The notes under the pieces: model-generated | Seen by the model: only the letters and a program-made list of their open reading frames with translations | What the model was told of the DNA's origin: nothing | The model's database searches: none | Assembly (NCBI GenBank): GCA_963774265.1 | Contig: CAVZDU010000010.1 | Coordinates: forward strand, 288,001 to 352,000 | Origin: an uncultured Chloroflexia bacterium | GTDB lineage: Bacteria; Chloroflexota; Anaerolineae; CG2-30-64-16 | Reading direction: 5' to 3' | Length of the DNA stretch: 64,000 nt | Translations under genes and position numbers: made by a program | Part shown: one piece after another, positions 50,192-60,891 of the stretch | Numbering within the stretch: the stretch's first letter is position 1 | Layout: each line of letters opens with the position of its first letter

Positions 50192-51000
50192 GCCGTCTGA
50201 ATGAGATCTTCGAACACAAGCGCGCGGAGGTCTCGATGCGGAAGGCTGCCCGGCCCGTCAAAGTTGTGATGGATGCCATCCATGACGCGCAGCCAGCGCT
50301 GAATTTCATCGCCGCTTTGCATGCGGTGCGGCGTCCGGCCTTGATCGCGGAGGTTAAATCTGCATCCCCGTCACGGGGATTGCTTGCAGGACGCGATGGC
50401 AGGCCATTCGACCCGGTTGTCTTGGCGCGCTGCTATTCTGAGAACGGCGCAGCTGCCATCAGCGTGTTGACCGACGAGAAGTACTTCGGCGGTTCTCTGG
50501 ATCATCTGCATGGGATACGCACAGCGCTGCCGGCGATGCCCCTATTGCGCAAAGATTTCGTTTGTGATCCTTATCAGGTGTACGAGGGCCGCGCCGCTGG
50601 CGCCGATGCGGTTCTCTTGATCGTAGCCGGCCTCGATCGTGCCGCGTTGGAGGACCTCGCTGGTCTGACTCGCGCGCTCGGTATGGCGGCCCTGGTTGAA
50701 GCACACACGGCTGAGGAGTTGGACGTTGCGGTCGCCAGTGGCGCCTGCCTCATCGGTGTCAACAGCCGCAATCTGCACGACTTTTCCGTGCGCCTGGATA
50801 CCACGGTCGAGCTGGCGCAACGCGTGCCCGCCGATGTCACCCTGATCGGCGAAAGCGGCATTTTCACAGCAATGGATGTGGCTCGACTGGCAGAGGGTCG
50901 CGGTGTCGATGCCATCCTGGTGGGTGAGGCATTGGTGACAGCCGCGGACACTGCGACACGCGTGCGCGAGTTGAGCGGAGGGAGCGCCAAGCTCCGATGA
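50188..51000 (+). CDS. trpC: indole-3-glycerol phosphate synthase
   Basis: IAEVKSASPSRG, ISVLTDEKYFGG, LRKDF, GADAVLLI, GVNSRNL, ESGI. Confidence 0.95.
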   Translation: MSRLNEIFEHKRAEVSMRKAARPVKVVMDAIHDAQPALNFIAALHAVRRPALIAEVKSASPSRGLLAGRDGRPFDPVVLARCYSENGAAAISVLTDEKYFGGSLDHLHGIRTALPAMPLLRKDFVCDPYQVYEGRAAGADAVLLIVAGLDRAALEDLAGLTRALGMAALVEAHTAEELDVAVASGACLIGVNSRNLHDFSVRLDTTVELAQRVPADVTLIGESGIFTAMDVARLAEGRGVDAILVGEALVTAADTATRVRELSGGSAKLR

Positions 51001-51694
51001 TCGTCAAAATCTGCGGGATACGCACCCTGGACGACGCGCTGGCTGCAACTGACTCCGGAGCCGATATGCTCGGCTTCAATTTCCACGTGGCTAGCCCGCG
51101 CTACATCGATCCTCCAGGCTGCAAACGGTTGATCGATGAACTGCGGCGCGAGCGGGCGCAACTGCCCCTGCTCGTGGGTGTGTTCGTGAATTTACTGCCT
51201 GCCGAGATCGACATCATTCTTGAGGCATGTGGTCTCGACCTTGCCCAGCTCAGTGGCGACGAGGGGCCAGAAGTGGTGCTTAAGCTTCGGGGCGCGCGTT
51301 CAAGGCCATCCGGCCCCGCGATTTGTCTGATGCCCGGAGACTTGCGGGCCTTCATAACCCCAGCGTGTATCGCAGCGACGTGCCCGCGGTGCTGCTCGAC
51401 GCTTCAGGACCGGGCGTCTACGGCGGCAGCGGTCATTCGGCCGATTGGGCGATCGGTGGGGCGCTCGCAGGAGAGATGCCTATCCTATTGGCCGGAGGGT
51501 TGCGACCCGATAACGTGTCCGAAGCCATCGCAGCGGTACACCCCTGGGGCGTCGATGTCGCTTCGGGGGTGGAGCGAGCGCCCGGAGTCAAGGATCCCAA
51601 CAGAATGGCCTCCTTTGTCCGGATCGCGAAGGAATCGACCCCTGCAGCTCGACTAATCAGAGGTGAGAATGAGTCTAGACAACATCAAGAATAA
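50997..51694 (+). CDS. trpF: phosphoribosylanthranilate isomerase (frameshift in a G run near 51290)
   Basis: VKICGI, VGVFVN, QLSGDE, then [29 protein letters not shown] in the next frame. Confidence 0.92.
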
Positions 51695-52896
51695 CGGTCG
51701 GATGGCGCCGAAGTTCGGCCCCTATGGCGGACAATTCGTGCCGGAGACACTCATGCCTGCCCTGGGTGAGTTGGAGGCGGCCTACCTGCGTTTGCAGGCT
51801 GATCCTGCCTTTCGGGCCCAGTTGGAGGATCTGTTCAAGAATTACGTGGGACGCCCCACGCCCTTAACGCATGCGCGACGCCTCACTGCGCATCTTGGAG
51901 GCGCGCAGATCTACCTGAAACGTGAGGATTTGGCCCATTCGGGCGCTCACAAGATCAACAACGCCCTGGGTCAGGCGTTGCTGGCCAGGGCTATTGGCAA
52001 GCGTCGAGTGGTAGCTGAGACAGGCGCGGGTCAACATGGCGTGGCTTCGGCCACGGCCGCTGCCCTGTTGAATCTTGAGTGCATCGTGTATATGGGGTCC
52101 GTGGACATCGCCCGGCAGCAGCCCAATGTCCAGCGCATGCAACTGCTAGGCGCCCAAGTGCGGCCTGTTGACAGCGGCACCCGCACGCTTAAAGACGCCA
52201 TCAACGAGGCTATCCGGGACTGGGTCACCAACGTTAAGACCACGCATTATCTGCTTGGTTCCGCACTCGGCCCACACCCCTATCCCACCATCGTGCGCGA
52301 TTTCCAATCCGTAATCGGCATCGAGGCACGCCAGCAGATCCTGGACGCGACCGGCCGGCTGCCCGACGTCTGCGTGGCGTGTGTCGGCGGCGGTTCGAAC
52401 GCGATCGGGCTGTTCCATGCCTTTCGAAATGATGCCACCGTGCGACTGATTGGCGTAGAGGCAGGGGGCGAGGGGATCGTATCCGGCAAACATGCAGCGC
52501 GCTTTGCCGACCCGCAGTTAGGCCGCGTTGGTGTGCTGCATGGCACGCGCACTGTCATCTTGCAGGATGCGGATGGCCAGATCGCAGCTACCCATTCCAT
52601 CTCTGCTGGGCTTGACTATCCCGCCGTAGGGCCCGAGCATGCGCACCTGCGGGACCTGGGGCGCGCTCGAGTACACCTACGCGAACGATGAGGAAGCGCT
52701 CGCCGCGTTTCAGCTTCTCGCCCACACCGAAGGCATCCTCCCTGCCTTGGAGTCATCCCATGCCATTGCCGAAGCGGTGAAACTGGCACCGCGTATGGGT
52801 CGCGATCAACTGCTCGTGGTCAACCTCTCGGGGCGCGGAGACAAGGATTTGGTAACGGTCCTGACCGCGTTGGCCGCACGGGAGGTGTCACGATGA
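51669..52896 (+). CDS. trpB: tryptophan synthase beta chain (frameshift near 52665)
   Basis: [26 protein letters not shown] (PLP Lys), [22 protein letters not shown], then [21 protein letters not shown]. Confidence 0.95.
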
Positions 52897-53729
52897 CGGG
52901 GATTGCACGTATCGCGGGCACGTTTGCGGCCACGCGCGGTGAGGGCCGCGCGGCGCTGATGCCCTACTTCACGGGCGGTTTTCCTGATCTTCGCACCTCC
53001 GAAGAGGTGCTGGTGGCGATTTCCGAAGGGGGCGCAGATCTCATTGAAGTCGGCGTGCCCTTCTCCGATCCCCTCGCCGATGGCCCGGTCATCCAGCGGT
53101 CGACGCAAATCGCGCTGGACAACGGCATGTCCGCCGCGAAGTGCCTGGCTTTGGTCGGCCGGTTGCGCGCGCGGGGTGTGCGGCAGCCGATCATGCTCAT
53201 GGGCTACGCCAACCCAATCATCGCCTATGGGGGCGCTCGCTACGTGCGTGATGCCGCGGCAGCGGGTGTGGACGGCCTCATCGTCCCGGACTTGCCCCCC
53301 GAAGAAGCAGCGGAACTCGAGGATGCGTGTCGCGAGGCTGGCCTCGCGATGATTTACCTGGTGGCGCCCACTTCAACGCCGGAACGGCTCCGGTACATCG
53401 CCGATCGCACCAGCGGCTTCCTGTATCTTGTCTCACTCACTGGAGTGACCGGTGCACGAGATAGCCTTCCTCCCGATTTGGGGGATTTGGTTTCCCGCGT
53501 CCGGCAGGTGGCACACACGCCACTCGCTGTTGGCTTTGGGGTGGCGCGACCGGAGCAGGCCGTCCAAGTCGGCAAGATGGCCGATGGAGTGATCGTTGGT
53601 TCGGCTCTGATCGGGGCGGTTGCCGAGGCGGCTGAGCCAGTCTCTGCCGCAGCAGGCTTTGTGCGCTCGCTGCACTTGGCCCTGTCGTCAGGCACAACCT
53701 CGCGGCAGCGGGAAGGGTCTAGCCTTTGA
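52893..53729 (+). CDS. trpA: tryptophan synthase alpha chain
   Basis: [51 protein letters not shown]. Confidence 0.96.
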   Translation: MTGIARIAGTFAATRGEGRAALMPYFTGGFPDLRTSEEVLVAISEGGADLIEVGVPFSDPLADGPVIQRSTQIALDNGMSAAKCLALVGRLRARGVRQPIMLMGYANPIIAYGGARYVRDAAAAGVDGLIVPDLPPEEAAELEDACREAGLAMIYLVAPTSTPERLRYIADRTSGFLYLVSLTGVTGARDSLPPDLGDLVSRVRQVAHTPLAVGFGVARPEQAVQVGKMADGVIVGSALIGAVAEAAEPVSAAAGFVRSLHLALSSGTTSRQREGSSL

Positions 53730-54291
53730 CGCGCATAGGGATTCCGGCCACCATAAACAGCACCGTGTCTGCCTCGGCCGCAAGGCGTTGGTTGGCGCGT
53801 CCGAGCGCGTCGCGATACAACCTGCCCAGCGGATAGGGTGGCACCAGGCCCAGCCCAACCTCGTTGCTCACTACAATCCAGGTCGCGTTGCCGGCCCGGT
53901 ATGCACGCAAAATTTCGTTGACCTCGGCCAGTGCCGCCGCCTCTGCTCGCACAGCGTCCGCCGTTGCGCCCTCCGGCAGAGCGAGGACTACATTGCTGGT
54001 GAGCAGTGTCAGGCAGTCCAGGAGCACCACCTCGGCATCGGCCGCGGCAGGGGCGATGGCCTGCCCCACGGCTATCGGTGCCTCCACGGTGCGCCAACCC
54101 GAGGGTCGATCCTCTTTGTGCTTGGTGATCCGGGCGCGCATCTCGTCGTCCCACGCCTGCGCGGTTGCCACGTAAAGCACACGTCCGGCCGGGCTGGTTT
54201 CAGCCGCCAGCTTCTCAGCGTACGTGCTCTTGCCGCTGCGCGCGCCGCCAAGGATCAGAATCATTCGCTTAGGCGTCATTTGTTCGTTCAC
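53719..54291 (-). CDS. cobU: adenosylcobinamide kinase / adenosylcobinamide-phosphate guanylyltransferase
   Basis: [52 protein letters not shown]. Confidence 0.95.
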   Translation of the reverse strand: MNEQMTPKRMILILGGARSGKSTYAEKLAAETSPAGRVLYVATAQAWDDEMRARITKHKEDRPSGWRTVEAPIAVGQAIAPAAADAEVVLLDCLTLLTSNVVLALPEGATADAVRAEAAALAEVNEILRAYRAGNATWIVVSNEVGLGLVPPYPLGRLYRDALGRANQRLAAEADTVLFMVAGIPMRVKG

Positions 54292-55073
54292 GTCGAACAC
54301 CGACCATTTGCTGCCAACGCGTGCCGGAGGGCCGCGAGCGAAGAGAGAAAGTCGTCCTGGTTGAATACCTCGAGCGACAACACCCCGCTGAAGCAGTCCG
54401 CCAGGTAGCCAGCGACTGCATTGAGCGACTCGGTCGGAGCATGGCTCAATGACTGATGGTCGCGGCTGCCGACGCCGTGTAAGTGTACCACGCGCGTGCG
54501 TGCACACCAGTCCCGGACATGGGACATCGGATCTATACCGGCCAGCCATAGGTGCCCGATGTCCATGGTCCGACTGACGGGCACACGGTCAAGCACCGGC
54601 GCGAACGCAGACGGATCCCACTTCTCCACATTCTCAACGGCCAGGAGCTCCGGTGCGGGCAGCCAGCCCGCCACGAGTCGAAGCGCATCTGCCGCGTTGT
54701 CTTGCCACTGAGCCAGCGTCGCTTCCGATCTGTCTTCTATCAGGACGCGACCATCAAGATGCACCGTGTAGGCGAATGGATCGAGGGCCGCGGTGGCCTC
54801 GATCACGCGGCGCGCCTTGATCAGCGACAGGTGTTGTTCCGCACCATCGTCCGCCAGGCGAAGGTCCAGCGGTAGATGCACGGTGTAGGTGATACCATGC
54901 ATCTTTGCCAGCTCCACCAGCCGCTCGCATTGCTCTGCTGTGGGCAAGTTCGACCCGTACTCATCTGTCTCAAAGAGAACCAACTCCACGTCGTCGACCA
55001 GCGGAGCGAGGTATTCGACGTTGGGCAGGATGTCGTCCGGTAGGATGTAGGATGTGGTGCCAACTCGAAACAC
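54288..55073 (-). CDS. cbiR: cobamide-remodelling phosphodiesterase CbiR (AP endonuclease 2 fold)
   Basis: [58 protein letters not shown]; located between cobS and cobU; GTG start after AAGGAG. Confidence 0.8.
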   Translation of the reverse strand: MFRVGTTSYILPDDILPNVEYLAPLVDDVELVLFETDEYGSNLPTAEQCERLVELAKMHGITYTVHLPLDLRLADDGAEQHLSLIKARRVIEATAALDPFAYTVHLDGRVLIEDRSEATLAQWQDNAADALRLVAGWLPAPELLAVENVEKWDPSAFAPVLDRVPVSRTMDIGHLWLAGIDPMSHVRDWCARTRVVHLHGVGSRDHQSLSHAPTESLNAVAGYLADCFSGVLSLEVFNQDDFLSSLAALRHALAANGRCST

Positions 55074-55077
55074 AGCA

Positions 55078-55830
55078 TCAGCTCCTTGCGACGAGGAAGG
55101 CCGCGATGAGCGTCGCCGTCTCCCCCAGTTCCACGATCGCGCCATACACATCGCCGGTCAGCCCGCCCAGACGCCGCGTGGCGAGCCCGGCCATTGCGGC
55201 CATTGCCAGGGCCGCGACGAAGGGCAGCACCAGCAGGCCGAATCCGCCCCAGCGCCAACTGAGCGCGAGGAGCGCGGCCGCAATGGTGGACGCGATCCAT
55301 ACCTCGCGGCGGCCCAGGCTGCGCCGGAAGAAGAACGCCATCCCTTCCTGCTTGGCCAAGGGGAAGATCGCTGCGGCGACGACTAGCGCCCAACGCGCCA
55401 GCGCCGGAGTCAGGACCAGGATGGCAGGGTTGCCCGCTGATGCAGACAAGGCGCCAAGCTTGATCAGGATCAACAGCAGCAGGCCAACACCGCCAAAGCT
55501 GCCAAGTCGAGGATCCTTCATAATCTCAAGCCGCCGGGCGCGGTCAACAGGCACGAAGAGGGCGTCACAGCAATCCGCCCAGCCGTCCAGGTGCAGCGCG
55601 CCCGTCAGTCCAACCCACGCAGCCAGTGTCAGGGCCGCGCATAGCATGGGGGCGAGGTCCCACATTCCGCTGCGGGTAAGCCCGAAGGCGATAGCCGCCA
55701 CGATGCCGCCAATGAGAGCGCCGACCAGGGGGTACCACGCCATGGCGCGGCCCGGTCTCGTCCCTTCGGCCCACTGCGAGCGGACGGGCAGGATGGTCAG
55801 CAGGCCGAGCGCGCGCAGGAAGTCACCCAT
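55078..55830 (-). CDS. cobS: cobalamin (adenosylcobinamide-GDP ribazoletransferase) synthase
   Basis: LTILP, YPLVG, TGALHLDGWADCCD, LEIMKDPRLGSFG, GGLTGDVYGA. Confidence 0.95.
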   Translation of the reverse strand: MGDFLRALGLLTILPVRSQWAEGTRPGRAMAWYPLVGALIGGIVAAIAFGLTRSGMWDLAPMLCAALTLAAWVGLTGALHLDGWADCCDALFVPVDRARRLEIMKDPRLGSFGGVGLLLLILIKLGALSASAGNPAILVLTPALARWALVVAAAIFPLAKQEGMAFFFRRSLGRREVWIASTIAAALLALSWRWGGFGLLVLPFVAALAMAAMAGLATRRLGGLTGDVYGAIVELGETATLIAAFLVARS

Positions 55831-55833
55831 CGC

Positions 55834-56882
55834 CTAGCGGTTGCTCACGCCCGCTGATTCGAACGTTGCCATCTCACCCAGGATACGAGCAGCCGCCTCA
55901 ACCACACTCATGGCCAGCACGGCGCCGGTGCCCTCGCCCATCCGCATGCGCATGTCTAGCAACGGCTCAAGCCCCAGGTAAGACATGGTTGCCGCGTGGC
56001 CTGGTTCGGTCGATTGGTGTGCGCCGATCATGTACTGTTTTGCAATTGGGTTCAGTGTGACGGCGATGAGCGCTGCAGAGCCGGTAATGAAGCCGTCGAC
56101 CAACACGGGGATTCCTGCAGCCGCGCCTGCCAGCATCGCGCCCGCCATTGCGCCGATCTCGAAGCCGCCGACCTTGGCGAGAACATCCAGGCCATCAGCC
56201 GGGTTGGGCTGGTTCACCTGGAGCGCCTTCCTGATGACATCCGCCTTGCGTCGCAGACCATCCGCATCAATTCCCGTGCCCACTCCTGTGACACGTTCAA
56301 CCGGTGTCCCCGTGATAATTCCGACGATGGCCGATGCCGGCGTAGTGTTACCGATGCCCATCTCGCCGCAAGCCAGTAGATCAAGCCCCGCATCAATCTC
56401 CGCCTGGGCAACACGTGCACCCAGTTCGAGAGCAGCGCGTGCCTGGTCGGCTGTCATAGCCGGACCGGCGCTTATGTCAGCGGTGCCGCGGTCGATCTTC
56501 CCGTGGATCAAGCCGGCTGTCGCGGGCAATCTCCTGACACTCCGGCGTCCACTACAATCACCCTGGCGTTCGCCTGGCGTGCAAGCACATTGATCGCGGC
56601 GCCGCCGTACAGGAAATTCAGCACCATCTGGCGGGTCACGGCCGAGGGATATGCGCTGACTCCTTGGGCCGTAACGCCGTGGTCACCCGCAAAGACGAGC
56701 ACCGCCTTGCGGTGGGGGATCGGGGGAGGGCACCGTCGGGTGATGCCGGCAAGCTGGATGCTCAGATCTTCCAGACGGCCGAGCGAGCCGGTGGGCTTGG
56801 TTAGCATATCCTGCCGTGCTCGGGCGGACTGCATGGCCGCGTTGTCGAGCGGGCGGATAGCGGCGATAACGGACTCGATCAT
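55834..56882 (-). CDS. cobT: nicotinate-nucleotide--dimethylbenzimidazole phosphoribosyltransferase (frameshift near 56529)
   Basis: [30 protein letters not shown], then [27 protein letters not shown]. Confidence 0.94.
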
Positions 56883-56903
56883 GGATGAGGGCCTCTCTTT
56901 GTG

Positions 56904-57214
56904 CTAGTACTCAATGCCAGGTTGCCCTGGGATGCCGCTGCGATAGGGGTGTTTGACTTCAGCCATCTCGGTGACGAGATCAGCATAGTCGATCAGTTCG
57001 GCCGGTGCACCGCGTCCGGTGATGATCAGGTGAAGGTGAGGCGGTTTGTTGTTCCGCTGATGAACTGGATGACGCAGACGCGCATGTCGCGGCCCCACGC
57101 TCGCATCGCGAGCCCAAGCGCCGCCGTCGTCTTGCCCTTGCCGTCGCCGGTGTTGACGATCACCAGTCCTTTGCGCGCTGGCCTTCCGCGCTGGCCCGGA
57201 CCTTCTTCGTTCAC
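56904..57214 (-). pseudogene. cobA: cob(I)yrinic acid a,c-diamide adenosyltransferase (CobA/BtuR/CobO) with a large out-of-frame internal deletion
   Basis: The N-terminal [28 protein letters not shown] joins, within about 10 nt and out of frame, to the C-terminal [31 protein letters not shown]. The central GEGFTW and LDE segments are absent and the total length is only 311 nt. Confidence 0.85.
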
Positions 57215-57243
57215 TGATCCTCCTCAAGACTGCCGCGCCGCCC

Positions 57244-57279
57244 AAAAAACAACCCCGTCGATATCTGCTCGACGGGGTT
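57244..57279 (-). terminator. expression-platform terminator of the cobalamin riboswitch
   Basis: Minus strand AACCCCGTCG / CGACGGGGTT 10-bp stem followed by GTTTTTT. Confidence 0.85.
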
Positions 57280-57293
57280 AGCAACCATGCCGC

Positions 57294-57427
57294 ACCCCTG
57301 TCCGCGAGGGTGTCGAAAAACGTGCAGGCAGGCGAGAGGTCTGGCTTCCCCGGACATACGCCGGGGCAACAGTTGCGGGTCAGCGCCGGATGAAACCGGT
57401 CTTCTCTCGAGCTGCCACTCATGCACG
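57294..57427 (-). ncRNA. cobalamin riboswitch, short (class II-like) form
   Basis: Minus strand: closing stem CGTGCA / TGCACG; GAGAA..CCGG-TTTCAT-CCGG-CGCTGACCCGCAACTGT core; short P6 extension; AGCCAGACC B12 box; downstream hairpin whose GCGG loop can kiss CCGC. Confidence 0.88.
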
Positions 57428-57437
57428 ACTTGTACAG

Positions 57438-57496
57438 TTTGTAACACGGGCCATGTTCGCTGTCAAATTGAAACTCGGGACGCGATGCGGTAGAAT
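57438..57496. promoter_or_regulatory. back-to-back promoters for the cob operon (-) and the glpD-like operon (+)
   Basis: Minus strand: TTGACA (57466-57461), 17 nt, TACAAA. Plus strand: TTGAAA (57468-57473), 17 nt, TAGAAT (57491-57496). Confidence 0.6.
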
Positions 57497-57502
57497 GGCT
57501 CT

Positions 57503-59272
57503 ATGTTCCCTCAGTCCTATCGTCCGCAGAGTTGGCGCGCCTTGGCTGCCATCTCATTTGACATGCTTGTCATCGGCGGAGGCATCACGGGCGCTGGCAT
57601 TGCTCGTGAGGCAGCCCGCGCTGGCCTGCGGGTAGCGCTGGTCGAGCAGCGCGATTTCGCCTGGGGCACATCCAGCCGATCCTCGAAGCTCGTGCACGGT
57701 GGACTGCGCTATCTGAAGGCGGGCCGCGTGGGACTCACACGGGCTTCGGTCAGTGAGCGGCAGCGGCTGTTGGAGGAGGGCCCAGGGCTCATCGACCCGC
57801 TCGGCTTCCTTCTGGCCACATACAAGGACGACTCTCCTGGGCGGCGCATGTACGGCGCGGGTCTCTCCGTGTATGATCTGCTTGCCCTCCAATGGACTCA
57901 CCGTTATTATTCCGCCGCGGCTTTCAAACAGTTTGCACCTTTCATCTCCGACGTGGGCTTGCAGGGCGGCTTCCGATATGGCGATGCACAGACCGACGAT
58001 GCGCGGCTCGTCTTGCGGGTGTTGAGCGAGGCGGTCGCCGACGGCGCGCTCGTGCTCAATTACGTTCGGGTCGACTCCCTGATCCGCGAGGCTGGGACGG
58101 GCAGGGTTATCGGCGCGCAGATCCGGGATTGTGCATCCGATCGAGGCGAAGTCATCGACGTGCATGCGACTGTCGTCGTAAACGCCACCGGTGCATGGGC
58201 CGACAGGTTGCGCGAACAAGTCGGCGGCGTCCGCCGGATTCGGCCGCTTCGGGGAAGCCACCTGATCTTCCCGTCATGGCGCTTACCCGTCACTCAGGCT
58301 CTGAGCTTTCTCCATCCCGTTGACCTGCGCCCAGTTTTCATCTTTCCTTGGGAGGGCGTGACTCTGGTCGGTACGACCGATGTTGACCATGATGAAGCGC
58401 TCGATGAGGAACCGTGCATTAGCGCGGACGAGGTCGCGTACCTCATGGCCGCGGTTGCCTCGCAATTTCCCACCTTGAGACTCACGCTGGACGACGTTGT
58501 GAGCACATTTGCTGGAGTGCGGCCGGTGATTGGCTCGGGCAAGGCGGATCCGTCCAGGGAGTCACGCGATCATGTTGTTTGGGAGGAATCTGGCCTGCTT
58601 ACGGTCACCGGCGGCAAGCTGACAACCTTCCGGCGTATCGCGCTCGACGCGCTCGGCGTTGCCCGCAGGCGTTTGCCCGAAATGGGCGAACCGAATGGCG
58701 ACACGCCGGTGTTGAACCCCGTTTACCTTCCCCTGGGCAACAACTCCCTATCAGAAGCGGAGCGCAGACGATTGCTTGGACGCTATGGAAAGGATGCGCC
58801 CGCGCTGGTGGCTGCGGCAAGGCCTGGCGAATTGGATCGGGTTCCGGGCGTCGCCACTCTGTGGGTTGAGCTTCGTTGGGGGGCACGCGCCGAGGGTGTC
58901 GTCCACCTGGACGATCTACTATTGCGGCGCACTCGCCTGGGAATTCTCTTGCCCCAGGGCGGCGCCGAAATCATGGGGCGCATTGGTAAAATCATCCGGG
59001 AGGAACTGGGCTGGGGCAAGGACCGGTGGCATGCGGAACTGGATGCCTACCAGCGGCTTTGGCGGGAACACTATAGCCTGCCCGATCGCTCGGCCATCCC
59101 CGATTGGACCCTCATGCTTCACCAGGCGCGAGAGACGCGCACTGCCCGCGCGATCCTGCGCAGGCAGCGTCGCCGTCGTCGGTGGGTGCGTGGTGGTATT
59201 GCCTCTGGCGCAGTCGCCGGTGCTGGCTTGTTGGTAGGCCTTGGACGATGGGCCTGGCGAAGGAGAAAATGA
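57503..59272 (+). CDS. FAD-dependent glycerol-3-phosphate dehydrogenase/oxidase family protein (GlpD2-like)
   Basis: [61 protein letters not shown]. Confidence 0.9.
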   Translation: MFPQSYRPQSWRALAAISFDMLVIGGGITGAGIAREAARAGLRVALVEQRDFAWGTSSRSSKLVHGGLRYLKAGRVGLTRASVSERQRLLEEGPGLIDPLGFLLATYKDDSPGRRMYGAGLSVYDLLALQWTHRYYSAAAFKQFAPFISDVGLQGGFRYGDAQTDDARLVLRVLSEAVADGALVLNYVRVDSLIREAGTGRVIGAQIRDCASDRGEVIDVHATVVVNATGAWADRLREQVGGVRRIRPLRGSHLIFPSWRLPVTQALSFLHPVDLRPVFIFPWEGVTLVGTTDVDHDEALDEEPCISADEVAYLMAAVASQFPTLRLTLDDVVSTFAGVRPVIGSGKADPSRESRDHVVWEESGLLTVTGGKLTTFRRIALDALGVARRRLPEMGEPNGDTPVLNPVYLPLGNNSLSEAERRRLLGRYGKDAPALVAAARPGELDRVPGVATLWVELRWGARAEGVVHLDDLLLRRTRLGILLPQGGAEIMGRIGKIIREELGWGKDRWHAELDAYQRLWREHYSLPDRSAIPDWTLMLHQARETRTARAILRRQRRRRRWVRGGIASGAVAGAGLLVGLGRWAWRRRK

Positions 59273-60846
59273 AAGACCTTCTGCTTGCGATCGACAACGG
59301 AACCCAGAGTGTGCGGGCGTTGGTGTTCGACCTGCACGGCAATCTGCTGGCGCGTTCTCGCCTGCCGCTGGAGCCATATCTGTCTCCCCAACCCGGCTGG
59401 GCAGAGCAAGACGCCGACTACTACTGGCATTCGCTATGTGACGCATGCCAGCAACTCTGGCGGCAGGCTGAGGCGACCGGTAAGCCATCTGAACTTAGGG
59501 AGCGTATCGCAGGCGTCGCGCTGACGACGCAACGCTCGACCATTGTGAATGTCGGCCGGGATGGTCGCCCATTGCGTCCCGCGATGGTCTGGCTTGACCA
59601 GCGGCGTACTTACGGGCTGAAACCGGTTGGCGGTCTGTGGGGCCTGGCGTTCAAGCTGGTTGGCATGACAGATACCGTCTCTTACCTCCAGGCTGAGGCC
59701 GAAGCCAACTGGCTTCGCACAAACCAGCCCGAGATTTGGGACAAGACCTACAAATATCTCTTCCTTTCCGGCTATCTCACCTACAAACTGACCGGCCGGA
59801 TGGCCGACTCCGTTGGTTCCCAGGTCGGCTATGTCCCATTCGATTACAAGAAGCTGACTTGGGCCGGGCCGAGCGACTGGAAGTGGCAGGCAGTGCCGAT
59901 TCACAAGGATAAGCTCGTGGAGCTTGTTCCGCCAGCTGGCAGAATTGGGGAAATCACGACCGCGGCCGCTGAGGCGACCGGCATTCCCCCTGGGTTGCCG
60001 CTCATCGCGGCGGCGGCAGACAAGGCATGTGAGGTGATCGGCGCGGGCTGCGTTGATCCGCACATCGGCTGCTTGAGCTACGGAACCACTGCCACCATCA
60101 ACACGACACACCGCCGGTATGTCGAGGTCATCCCCCTGATCCCACCCTATCCTGCGGCCGTGCCCGGCGCGTACAGCTTGGAGATACAGGTCTATCGCGG
60201 CTTTTGGATGGTGAGTTGGTTCAAGGAGCAGTTCGGGCATGCGGAGCAGCAACTGGCCGAAGAGCGAGGCGTCGAGCCCGAGGCGTTGCTCGACCAGCTG
60301 GTGAAGCAGGCGCCGCCCGGATCGATGGGGCTCGTGTTGCAGCCGTATTGGTCACCGGGGCTGAAGATGCCGGGACCGGAGGCGAAAGGCGCTATCGTGG
60401 GTTTTGGCGATGTGCATGGTCGAGCGCACATTTACCGGTCCATCCTGGAAGGACTGGCGTTTGCTCTGTTGGACGGCAAAGAACGCACCGAACAGCGCAG
60501 CGGTGTGAAGGTGACTGAACTGCGCGTGTCCGGCGGTGGCTCCCAGAGCGACGCAGCAATGCAGCTCACGGCGGACATCTTCAATCTGCCGACTGCTCGA
60601 CCACATGTATACGAGACATCGGGTCTGGGCGCGGCGATGGACGCTGCAGTGGGCTTGGGCTTGCACTCGGATTTTGAGGTGGCTGTGAAAGAGATGACGC
60701 GTGTCACCAGGGTGTTTGAGCCCGATCCTGCCAACCGTGCCCTGTACGATGGCCTGTTCAATCGGGTGTACAAGCGGATGTACGAACGGCTGCGGCCACT
60801 GTACGAGGAAATCCGGGAGATCACGGGCTACCCGCCCAAGGTATAG
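59269..60846 (+). CDS. FGGY-family carbohydrate kinase (YgcE / PA3024-like)
   Basis: [47 protein letters not shown]; ATG 59269 after AAGGAG. Confidence 0.92.
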   Translation: MKDLLLAIDNGTQSVRALVFDLHGNLLARSRLPLEPYLSPQPGWAEQDADYYWHSLCDACQQLWRQAEATGKPSELRERIAGVALTTQRSTIVNVGRDGRPLRPAMVWLDQRRTYGLKPVGGLWGLAFKLVGMTDTVSYLQAEAEANWLRTNQPEIWDKTYKYLFLSGYLTYKLTGRMADSVGSQVGYVPFDYKKLTWAGPSDWKWQAVPIHKDKLVELVPPAGRIGEITTAAAEATGIPPGLPLIAAAADKACEVIGAGCVDPHIGCLSYGTTATINTTHRRYVEVIPLIPPYPAAVPGAYSLEIQVYRGFWMVSWFKEQFGHAEQQLAEERGVEPEALLDQLVKQAPPGSMGLVLQPYWSPGLKMPGPEAKGAIVGFGDVHGRAHIYRSILEGLAFALLDGKERTEQRSGVKVTELRVSGGGSQSDAAMQLTADIFNLPTARPHVYETSGLGAAMDAAVGLGLHSDFEVAVKEMTRVTRVFEPDPANRALYDGLFNRVYKRMYERLRPLYEEIREITGYPPKV

Positions 60847-60891
60847 AACGTTCGCGAGGCGACTGGCAAGACATGATGGGGAGGAGAGTCA

